Source: a virus
Lineage: Duplodnaviria; Heunggongvirae; Uroviricota; Caudoviricetes
Reading direction: 5' to 3' (one strand)
Virus record (IMG/VR): IMGVR_UViG_2579778773_000004
Span: 1-17,454 of that record
Length of the DNA: 17,454 nucleotides
This document shows positions 1 to 6,906 of the stretch, one piece after another (the first letter of the stretch is position 1; each line of letters begins with the position of its first letter). The translations under genes and the position numbers were made by a program. The notes under the pieces were generated by a model, which saw only the letters and a program-made list of their open reading frames with translations, made no database searches and had not been told where the DNA came from.

Positions 1-148
1 GTTATTACCCGATCTCGATGGAAGTTATTGAGTGATCTCCTTTCATGAAAATACGCATTAATAAACAGTTTCTCAATTATTAGTCAGCATCATCAGAAGA
101 AACCCCTCTCCAAAGATAATTTTATAAAATAATATAAATGTCCACGCC

Positions 149-210
149 TGGCACGGAGTAGACTGGCTATCTAAGCTAAAGGTCTGCTGTGAGCGAAAAC
201 CGGACATGTA
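149..210. repeat. Junction element copy A (core TGGCACGGAGTAGAC at 149-163, plus a GCGAAAAC box at about 193-200)
   Basis: Read directly: TGGCACGGAGTAGAC...GTGAGCGAAAACCGGACA. Aligns by eye at roughly 70% identity over about 55 bp with copy B at 2794-2866 (TGGCACGGAGCGGAC...GTGCGAAAACAGACA). Lies downstream of the 211-aa cargo gene on the - strand. Confidence 0.6.
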
Positions 211-516
211 CATATCTGTCAAAAAAGCAATTTTTAGCTGCCACTTCCAGTGGATGGCGGTCGGTCAGGAGATAATAGAAACAAAACATAATCATTAAAT
301 GACTGAAAAATGAAAATTGTATAAACATTCATCTTAGATGACAATTTCAAATGCATCTCTATAATTTCCCCTAGTTCAAACCAGACAGAATCTAACCACT
401 GCAAGTAGTTTTAAAATCATAGGAAAATAACGTGCATCAGCAGAAGCATATGGAAAATACACAACACATTTCAAAAATACATACTTTTAAAATTTTCATT
501 GACTGATATTTTTAAT

Positions 517-1152
517 TTATTTTCGTAAAAAAATCGACGCCCTATCCGGGTTTACTTTACATAGATGAGAAAGATATAGCGCCCTTCGATTAAATTTGCC
601 TTCAGTAAGGTCATCAATGTTTTTCCTGAATGGGTACTTAATCCGTGCAGCTATGTCAAAGTCACTAATGCTTGCATGAGCTTTGGTAAGTTTAGCTATC
701 CCATAAGTGCCATAGCCAAAGTAGCAACAGGATATATATGCTATGCAGATATCATCTGCTGTTGTTGCTTTCCTGATAAGAATGGCTAATATTTGCTCTC
801 TTATTTTTCTTCGAACTGTTTTCTCATATCTCTTAGTTATTGTTCTAACAAACTGTTGGTCTATAGTACTTGCGCCTTGATGAATGTTTTTAAATAATCT
901 CAGATATATAGTTCTTAAAATAGCAACTGGATCAACTCCCCTGTGTAATAGTTGCCGATGATCCTCAGCCACTCTTAATATATCAATTAAAGATAAAGAT
1001 ATAGATCTTTCACTTATCGAACTAAGCCTTATATAATCAATACATTTATAATAATCTTCCATAATACTTTTAACCCTGAATTTAAAAACCATTTCTGCCA
1101 ATAGCAAGTATGGCAATGACAGTAAGGTAATCAAAAAGCGCTTCGCTGCCAT
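517..1152 (-). CDS. Hypothetical membrane-anchored protein (cargo gene, 211 aa from the internal start MAAKRFLITLL...); second gene of a two-gene operon
   Basis: ORF track gives 517..1188 (223 aa). I prefer the ATG at 1152 because AGGAG sits 7 nt upstream (minus-strand reading CAGGAGACGTGAA-ATG). N-terminal hydrophobic stretch FLITLLSLPYLLLAEMVF suggests a TM helix or signal anchor. A 200+ codon ORF in very AT-rich DNA is unlikely by chance. No family recognised. Confidence 0.55.
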   Translation of the reverse strand: MAAKRFLITLLSLPYLLLAEMVFKFRVKSIMEDYYKCIDYIRLSSISERSISLSLIDILRVAEDHRQLLHRGVDPVAILRTIYLRLFKNIHQGASTIDQQFVRTITKRYEKTVRRKIREQILAILIRKATTADDICIAYISCCYFGYGTYGIAKLTKAHASISDFDIAARIKYPFRKNIDDLTEGKFNRRALYLSHLCKVNPDRASIFLRK

Positions 1153-1679
1153 TTCACGTCTCCTGATGTATCTGCAGCGGTGGACCAAAATTTGCCATGC
1201 ATAGCATCTGCATTCACCTTTTGGAAATACAGCAAAATGGTATAACTCCTTAACTCACCTTCCATTTTTATATTCAATGAGGCATGATTTTTCCTTAAGT
1301 AATTTCTCTTAATCACCCCTCGAACCTCTCCAATACTTCTATGCTTACCAGTGTATGGTCTTATATTATTATTGTTTTCAACGTCTTTTGTTTTCTCAAT
1401 AAACCCTTCAATATTATTGTTGTCACATATTAAAGTCAGTGTATAAAACGTTTTTAAATTCAAGTAAGGATTATACGCAGATTTTAGTGTTTTACATTCA
1501 ACTTCAAAGACGCCCGAAAAATTTGGTGGCGGTTTAATATATTCTTTGAATATAAAAATCAATACAGCCGCAATAAGAGTAGCAACAGCACCACTTAAGA
1601 TTTGATTTGTGGAAATAAAGGTTAGAGATGGCTCAAGCCATTCCCAAAATATGTTGAAAAAATCAGTAAATTTATTCAT
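1131..1679 (-). CDS. Hypothetical single-TM membrane protein (cargo gene, 182 aa); first gene of a two-gene operon
   Basis: ORF track entry. Hydrophobic segment ILSGAVATLIAAVLIFIF (residues about 27-45). Its 3' end overlaps the start of the downstream gene by 22 nt, suggesting translational coupling. Very AT-rich. RBS is weak (AAAGAAA). No family recognised. Confidence 0.5.
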   Translation of the reverse strand: MNKFTDFFNIFWEWLEPSLTFISTNQILSGAVATLIAAVLIFIFKEYIKPPPNFSGVFEVECKTLKSAYNPYLNLKTFYTLTLICDNNNIEGFIEKTKDVENNNNIRPYTGKHRSIGEVRGVIKRNYLRKNHASLNIKMEGELRSYTILLYFQKVNADAMHGKFWSTAADTSGDVKWQRSAF

Positions 1680-2076
1680 AAATTTCTTTTGATAGTATGT
1701 TTTTTATATGATGTTACATTTTTGAGAAAAAAGCAACTTCGCCGATTAAAAACTATCTCGCTGGAATTTATGGGCATCATGTTATGAATACATTCTTATC
1801 CCATAGGGAATAAAACCCTATCTATAGAATAAAAATCCAAATTTTATCTTAATAAATCAGATAAAAGATACTTATACTACAAAGGTACTTGTGTAAGATC
1901 AAACTTTTAATCCTATAAGTTATAGATTGAAGCAACTGTGACTTATAGTGCGCACACTTAAGAATCTCCGATGACGATGGTAGCAGGAGACAACTTTTGA
2001 CAACTCACTCCTATTACCAACTTACTGACTTGCTCCGCGTTGAGAGATTTATAGTTATGCCAGCACTGTCCGCTTC

Positions 2077-2116
2077 TGGCACATTGCGGAAGGGCTAACG
2101 GCCCGGAGTAAGTGAG
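2077..2116. repeat. Junction element copy D (TGGCACATTGCGGAAGG, with flanking inverted repeat TCCGC/GCGGA)
   Basis: Read directly: GTCCGCTTCTGGCACATTGCGGAAGGGCTAACGGCCCGGAGTAAGTGAG. Shares TGGCAC-N3-GCGGA with copies B and C. TCCGC (2069-2073) pairs with GCGGA (2086-2090). Lies downstream of the 171-aa gene. Confidence 0.45.
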
Positions 2117-2180
2117 TAACGGATGTTTGCAAGCACTCTTACTGCTGACAATGATCGCATCCAAGATAAAATAGGTGGTG

Positions 2181-2696
2181 TCAAGGTACAGGTTCACCAA
2201 TATAAGTGTGTGTGCAGCAACGACATGTCACCTTAACGTCATCTCTTGTGATTGAAAGGTTTACCTGTTGCAGAATTCCATTCTCATCAACAAACAGACC
2301 TGGGTAAAAACTGCTTTCACCAATGCAGACTAAATCCCTTCGCTGATGCTCATGTAGCGCGACCAACCAGAATACCGGCTCGGTGGTATCAAGACGTCCA
2401 CATACTTCGCTGAATATTTCATTCCACGGCTTGCCAATCTCTTTGATCAGAAAATAAAACAACGGTGTGTAGTCTCGGCCACGCTTCTGTCTGCTATGCA
2501 TTGTCTCGCGCTTTACCAGTAGCTCATCTCCGACTTTTTTGCGATTTCGTTCCCACCGATACTCAGCACCCGGATTATTAGAATGGTGCCGCGTCGTCGT
2601 GTTGACGCTGCGATATAGTTTACGGGACTTATTCTGCTGATGAATACGCATAGCTCGATCTCGTACATCCTTTCTTTTGTGGGCCAGTAGCCCCAT
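2181..2696 (-). CDS. Hypothetical highly basic protein (171 aa), cargo gene of unknown function
   Basis: ORF track entry. AAGG lies 8 nt upstream of the ATG at 2696. Local GC (near 47% by eye) is higher than the flanking AT-rich cargo. Arg/Lys/His-rich N-terminal half. No motif recognised; could be a nucleic-acid-binding protein or a decayed gene. Confidence 0.4.
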   Translation of the reverse strand: MGLLAHKRKDVRDRAMRIHQQNKSRKLYRSVNTTTRHHSNNPGAEYRWERNRKKVGDELLVKRETMHSRQKRGRDYTPLFYFLIKEIGKPWNEIFSEVCGRLDTTEPVFWLVALHEHQRRDLVCIGESSFYPGLFVDENGILQQVNLSITRDDVKVTCRCCTHTYIGEPVP

Positions 2697-2793
2697 TCAG
2701 ACCTTGTGTTACTGTATAAAAAATGAACACCCTTAAAGGCTGTATCATTCTGCTCAAATACCATCCTACTGACAACTACCAAAGGTCGGATTC

Positions 2794-2866
2794 TGGCACG
2801 GAGCGGACAATCAAGTAGAACTGAAGGCCCGCTATGTGCGAAAACAGACAGACACAGATTGATCAC
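2794..2866. repeat. Junction element copy B (core TGGCACGGAGCGGAC, plus GCGAAAAC box)
   Basis: Read directly. Begins 17 bp downstream of the stop of the HExxH gene (2883). Homologous by eye to copy A. Contains a weak inverted repeat AGCGG...CCGCT. Confidence 0.6.
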
Positions 2867-2882
2867 AAACATACCTGAACCA

Positions 2883-3812
2883 TCAGGATTTTATATCCTT
2901 GTGTGGCTCTAATCCTTCAGAAAGGACTTTATCAAATGCAGCATATTGCCTTTGTAATTTACTTTCACATTCATACAGACTCTTTAAACTAACATCATCC
3001 ATAGATTGAAAGAGTCTTTTGTTATCAACTAAATAGGAGTATGCATTAAAAATAGAAACATCCATTATATCTTTCAGTTCTTCATCAGATAGTTTAGTCT
3101 TTTTACTTAAATGCTTAATCACATGTGACTGCAATGCATTTGCGCGAACCATGGCGGGAGGATATTTGCTATTCTTCCCTTCCAATTTACATAGAAAATT
3201 AAAGAAAAAAAATATTGATGTTAAAGATAAACTAACAAGTGTTTTCTCTTCTATTTTTTTCTCCGGGGCCTTTTTTATTGTATTTAAGACGACATCTGCA
3301 ACAAAGTATGCTGAGAATACATCTGCATCATACTCCATTAATGTTTTAATCTGATCTTCACTAAAATCTTCATCGACTACATTGTACCCCATTGAATAAA
3401 CTTGGTAATCACCAATCAGGTTTATTTCTTTACTTTTGGCTAATGATAAGTGTCCACGAGCGACATGTCCAAGTTCATGACCGAAAATATGGTGCCAAAT
3501 AAAGACACACCCTAACGCAACTGGAGCTTCCTTTTCTTTCAAGTCAGGGTATTCTCTCATGAAGAATTCTATATTTTCAGAAAGAATGTCAAACGTTATT
3601 GGTATCAACCCACTCAATAAAATAATATGGAAATTATTGTCTTTTTTTTGTGCGTGAGCATTAAGGTTAAAATCGTCCTTAATGTGCAGAGCTATTTTTT
3701 TACCATCCTCTTCAATAGCGGAGTTTATCTCTATCAATCCTTTTTTGAAGGTATCGTAAACAGGCAAGAAAAAACCACTTTCTATTTTCGAAATTTCATC
3801 ACGGGTCATCAT
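2883..3812 (-). CDS. Putative HExxH zinc metallopeptidase (309 aa; motif HIFGHELGHVARGH), possibly ImmA/IrrE-like; standalone cargo gene
   Basis: ORF track entry. Tandem ATG ATG start with strong RBS (minus-strand TTAAAGGTGGAAAT-ATGATG). HELGH is a zincin-type HExxH motif in a hydrophobic context. A 309-codon ORF in very AT-rich DNA is unlikely by chance. The family assignment is from motif recall only. Confidence 0.7.
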   Translation of the reverse strand: MMTRDEISKIESGFFLPVYDTFKKGLIEINSAIEEDGKKIALHIKDDFNLNAHAQKKDNNFHIILLSGLIPITFDILSENIEFFMREYPDLKEKEAPVALGCVFIWHHIFGHELGHVARGHLSLAKSKEINLIGDYQVYSMGYNVVDEDFSEDQIKTLMEYDADVFSAYFVADVVLNTIKKAPEKKIEEKTLVSLSLTSIFFFFNFLCKLEGKNSKYPPAMVRANALQSHVIKHLSKKTKLSDEELKDIMDVSIFNAYSYLVDNKRLFQSMDDVSLKSLYECESKLQRQYAAFDKVLSEGLEPHKDIKS

Positions 3813-3869
3813 ATTTCCACCTTTAACATGAAATCTAATTCTAATTGATAGGTCTACTTAGTTTCGCTC

Positions 3870-3898
3870 ATTGTACTATTTTATTAAAGTGGGTTGAA
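3870..3898 (-). promoter_or_regulatory. Candidate sigma70 promoter for the HExxH gene (-35 TTCAAC at 3893-3898, 17-nt spacer, -10 TACAAT at 3870-3875, minus-strand reading)
   Basis: Read directly from the reverse complement of 3841-3935. An AT-rich UP-like stretch (CTATATAAAAATGTAA) lies immediately upstream. Implied 5' UTR is about 50 nt. Confidence 0.3.
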
Positions 3899-3935
3899 GG
3901 TTACATTTTTATATAGCATGTCTACTGTCCCTTTG

Positions 3936-3981
3936 TGGCACAGAGCGGACTGTCAGATTAGTTTTTACTCTGTGCCATAGA
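3936..3981. repeat. Junction element copy C: perfect 10-bp inverted repeat TGGCACAGAG / CTCTGTGCCA around a 22-nt loop; putative end-of-operon hairpin after G
   Basis: Read directly: TGGCACAGAG-CGGACTGTCAGATTAGTTTTTA-CTCTGTGCCA. Shares the core TGGCAC(R)GAGCGGAC with copies A and B. Lies 30 bp downstream of the G stop. No U-tract follows on either strand, so it is not a canonical intrinsic terminator. Confidence 0.55.
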
Positions 3982-4011
3982 TGAGTAATCTCACACCAGA
4001 TCTAATACGAT

Positions 4012-4590
4012 TTATTGTGGCATTTCAGGCCATTCTATATCCGGAGCATCTTCCGGCTGAACGCGATTCAGTAGCACACGGTATTTTTTCCAGTGTGTCA
4101 GACTTAACTTTTCTTCCTCGGTAGCCATATCTAAATCGACAGCATCCTGCAGCGTGGCAATAATTTCACCTGCATATGCAATCAGCTCTTTCTTCTGAGA
4201 GTCAGCCGCTCTGACAAGCGCATCACGCTCTGCATTCTCATCATTCACCCACGCATTTCCGTTCCATTTCTGATAATCCCCATCCGGGGAAATGGCTGTC
4301 ACGTCTGGAGGTAATGCGCCAAGTTCAGAAATATAAATGGCTGCTCCTGTTTTTGTTTCATAGACAGTCTTTCCACGATGGTCTTCCACCAGATCCCATT
4401 TCATTTCATCTGCATTGAAAACGGCGGCAAAACCCACCGGAATATCTGGAGGTGCAATGTCTGTACTGTTTGCAGGAAGACCTGTATGCGGCGGAATATA
4501 TGCGTCACTTTCGCCAATAAATTCATTGGTTCCATCAAGTAAATTGAAAACGCGGATAGTTTGTGTCTCTGCACTCATTCTGAAAGTCAT
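4012..4590 (-). CDS. G: Tail fiber assembly protein (chaperone), gpG-like
   Basis: Position immediately after H with a TAATG stop/start overlap. C-terminus ...[10 protein letters not shown] matches the conserved gpG C-terminus as I recall it. The N-terminal part is variable, as expected for the partner of the fiber tip. Start at 4590 is preferred (GAGG upstream); alternative ATG at 4578. Confidence 0.85.
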   Translation of the reverse strand: MTFRMSAETQTIRVFNLLDGTNEFIGESDAYIPPHTGLPANSTDIAPPDIPVGFAAVFNADEMKWDLVEDHRGKTVYETKTGAAIYISELGALPPDVTAISPDGDYQKWNGNAWVNDENAERDALVRAADSQKKELIAYAGEIIATLQDAVDLDMATEEEKLSLTHWKKYRVLLNRVQPEDAPDIEWPEMPQ

Positions 4591-6365
4591 TATGCCAGCC
4601 TCACAATATAGTTATACGCAACGTTTTTTACGGTGTTCTCTGAATTACCTGTGGCACTTACAGTGACGGTATGACTATGCGCGCCAATCGCAATGGAATG
4701 GCTGTGAGCACCAATGCCAACCGTGTGATTATGCTGACCAATGTCGACTGTATGGGCGTGTGCTCCCGCAGAGCTTGACACCTGGTTGGTTCCTGATACC
4801 TGTACGCGTTGTTTACCCCCGATGGAGTCACCACCGTAACGACCACCGACAGTGTGTGTATGCGCTCCCGTATTGTTTGTCGTTTTTGTGCCGTGGTTAA
4901 ACGTGCTGACCGTTTTTGTCCCGTAATCAAACGAACTGGTTGTTTTCGTCCCTAAATCCGTACTGGATGCACTGGCACTGTGGGTATGTGATTTAATTCC
5001 GTCCTGTTCCTGTGATAATACGGCGCGACCACTGGCGGGTTTGCCCTTGATTGTCCAGCCGCGCATATCTGGAATCACCCCTGACGGATAAGCTACTGCA
5101 AGCAGGGGATAGGCTGCTTTATCAAAAGTCTGCCCCTGCATCAGGGCATAGCCTGTAGGTACTGAATCAGAAGGCCACGGGATTGGAGCACCTACCGGAA
5201 AGTTGTTGTACCCGTCATGATGAATCAACTTCCAGCCTTTAAAAACACCTGCGCAAACTGCCGCAAAACCGATTACATCTCCATTAAAATCAATGCCAAT
5301 AACAGTATTGTATCCCTGAGTATTGCTGTGTGCAGAGTTGATGTAGTGCTTCCAGGTGTGTCCTCCAGGCATTCCATTCTTTGCTGAGGAAGCATTAAAA
5401 AAGCCACCACGCGTACGTAAATCAGTAGCAATATCACTTATATTTTCGGCGTACTCATTTAATCCCGCTCCTTTAGGTACTCGCTTGTTTGCATTGTCAT
5501 TAGCAGCTTTCACTGCTTTCGGAGTCGCGGCAAGCGTTTCAGAATCGCTGTTGGTGGCACTACTTAGCTGGACAAGCCCTTTTCGTGCCGTGGTGGCGTC
5601 CTGTGCGGTGTATTTGCCATTAGCAAGGTCATATGCTGTCTTAACCGCCTTTGGCGTTGCTGCGAGCGTCTCAGATTCGCTGTTGGTGGCACTACTTAGC
5701 TGAACAAGACCTTTTCGCCCCGTGCTGGCGTCCTGAGCGGTATATTTTCCGTTAGCAAGGTCATACGCTGCCTTAACCGCCTTCGGCGTTGCGGCCAGCG
5801 TTTCAGATTCACTATTGGTCGCGCTGCTTAACTGAGTAAAACCTTTTGCAGTCAGTGAGGCGTCCGGATGGCGTCGTGACTGTTCGTGCTCTGCAATTTT
5901 GTCATCAACGTAATCCTGCGTCGCCATCACCGTTGTGGTGTCGATGGTCAGATCCACTGAGGCCACACTGCTGACGATAATGACCATGCGGCAGGTCTGC
6001 GAACGTCCTGAGCCTTCGGCAAGGGCAGGCTTATAACTTTCGGCCATGTTCGCCACGGCAATTAACGCACCGGTATCATCGTACAGACCAAGTTCACGCA
6101 TCCAGAAACCGCCCACCTCCGGCGGGATGACCAGCTCTGCGATAATATAATTACTGTGTCGATTGTCCTGACTGATTTTATTCAGGGCATGTCGCCAGAC
6201 CTCATTAACAAGTTTTGTCTGTCCGGCATCCGGCACCGGCAATTGACCGCCACCGTCCCCGACGGCCATCGTGGTAATGTTGACCTTCCTGCCTCCCGGT
6301 GCAGTCGCCGCTGCCAGCTTTGCTGCACCGGCGGTAGTGATAACGGTTTGGAACTTTACGCTCAT
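4590..6365 (-). CDS. H: Tail fiber protein gpH-like (591 aa); P2-like N-terminal region, divergent His-rich C-terminal receptor-binding region
   Basis: N-terminal [40 protein letters not shown]... matches P2 gpH by recall. Internal tandem repeats [20 protein letters not shown] (phage tail fiber repeat). C-terminal GAHxHTV / HSH repeats. Confidence 0.93.
   Translation of the reverse strand: MSVKFQTVITTAGAAKLAAATAPGGRKVNITTMAVGDGGGQLPVPDAGQTKLVNEVWRHALNKISQDNRHSNYIIAELVIPPEVGGFWMRELGLYDDTGALIAVANMAESYKPALAEGSGRSQTCRMVIIVSSVASVDLTIDTTTVMATQDYVDDKIAEHEQSRRHPDASLTAKGFTQLSSATNSESETLAATPKAVKAAYDLANGKYTAQDASTGRKGLVQLSSATNSESETLAATPKAVKTAYDLANGKYTAQDATTARKGLVQLSSATNSDSETLAATPKAVKAANDNANKRVPKGAGLNEYAENISDIATDLRTRGGFFNASSAKNGMPGGHTWKHYINSAHSNTQGYNTVIGIDFNGDVIGFAAVCAGVFKGWKLIHHDGYNNFPVGAPIPWPSDSVPTGYALMQGQTFDKAAYPLLAVAYPSGVIPDMRGWTIKGKPASGRAVLSQEQDGIKSHTHSASASSTDLGTKTTSSFDYGTKTVSTFNHGTKTTNNTGAHTHTVGGRYGGDSIGGKQRVQVSGTNQVSSSAGAHAHTVDIGQHNHTVGIGAHSHSIAIGAHSHTVTVSATGNSENTVKNVAYNYIVRLA
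5496..5843. repeat. Tandem repeats of about 132 bp (2.6 copies) inside H, encoding the tail-fiber repeat G(F/L)[42 protein letters not shown]
   Basis: Visible at both protein level (residues about 175-290) and DNA level (three near-identical blocks between about 5490 and 5845). Confidence 0.85.
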
Positions 6366-6375
6366 TATTCCTCAC

Positions 6376-6906
6376 TTATCCTGGGTAAACCGTAATAACA
6401 TCGCCGTCATAAGCCACACCACCGGCAAACAGATAACCGGGGATGTCCTGGGTAATATTCAGACCAATAAGGTGACGACTTGCAGGTTTGGCATCGGCAA
6501 TCAGCCGTTCCATTTCCAGATACATCTCCTCCGTGATGCCGCTTTCCAGTACGCCGATATCAAGCCGGAAGGTGCCGGGCGGGTCGCTGTTTTCCCACCA
6601 CTCCGTCACGTTGATGAGATAGCCGAGCGGCTCCACCACACGGCGAATCGCACCAATAGTGCCCTTATGGCAGTGAATGAAATACGCATCGCGGATAACG
6701 GCGCGTTTTGTCGCTTCCGGCCACTTTTCATCCCAGCGGTCAACCGAAAATGACCACGCCAGCCACGGCAGCAGATTTGCCGGACAGGTGTCCGGGTTCC
6801 ACAGCTCACGAATACTGACCGGCGTTTTTTCAATTTCCGCACAGGCTTTTGCGGCGGCAACTTCAAGCGGTGATGAGCCTGTCGGCAGCAGTCGCGAATC
6901 ATTCAT
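6376..6906 (-). CDS. I: Baseplate protein gpI-like (176 aa)
   Basis: Length and position (between J and H) match P2 gpI. Overlaps the J stop by 8 nt. Confidence 0.9.
   Translation of the reverse strand: MNDSRLLPTGSSPLEVAAAKACAEIEKTPVSIRELWNPDTCPANLLPWLAWSFSVDRWDEKWPEATKRAVIRDAYFIHCHKGTIGAIRRVVEPLGYLINVTEWWENSDPPGTFRLDIGVLESGITEEMYLEMERLIADAKPASRHLIGLNITQDIPGYLFAGGVAYDGDVITVYPG

Noticed and set aside
432-510. Possible small GTG-initiated ORF (about 25 aa) on the + strand with an AGGAAA RBS
   Set aside because: Too short and in low-complexity AT-rich sequence; no supporting evidence without conservation or expression data.
1958-2200. 80-aa ORF on the - strand
   Set aside because: It reads straight through junction element D and overlaps the 3' end of the 171-aa gene. 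No start context.
2513-2872. 119-aa ORF on the - strand overlapping the 5' end of the 171-aa gene
   Set aside because: It starts inside junction element B and reads through it in a different frame from the 171-aa ORF. No RBS. More likely a chance frame; a frameshifted pseudogene cannot be fully excluded.
3151-3848. Plus-strand ORFs 3151..3354 and 3627..3848 inside the HExxH gene
   Set aside because: Low-complexity antisense frames within a well-supported minus-strand gene; products are Phe/Leu-rich from the A/T homopolymers.
149-3981. TGGCAC motifs read as sigma54 (-24/-12) promoters
   Set aside because: The sigma54 consensus is TGGCAC-N5-TTGC(A/T). None of the four copies has TTGC at the correct spacing (copy D has ATTGC after only 1 nt; A, B and C have GGAG/AGAG).
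149-3981. Integron-like cassette array with the repeats as attC sites
   Set aside because: No integron integrase or attI in the window. The repeats lack an attC-like pair of inverted core sites with a bulged stem. The context is a phage late operon. Recombination at a conserved intergenic sequence is the simpler explanation.
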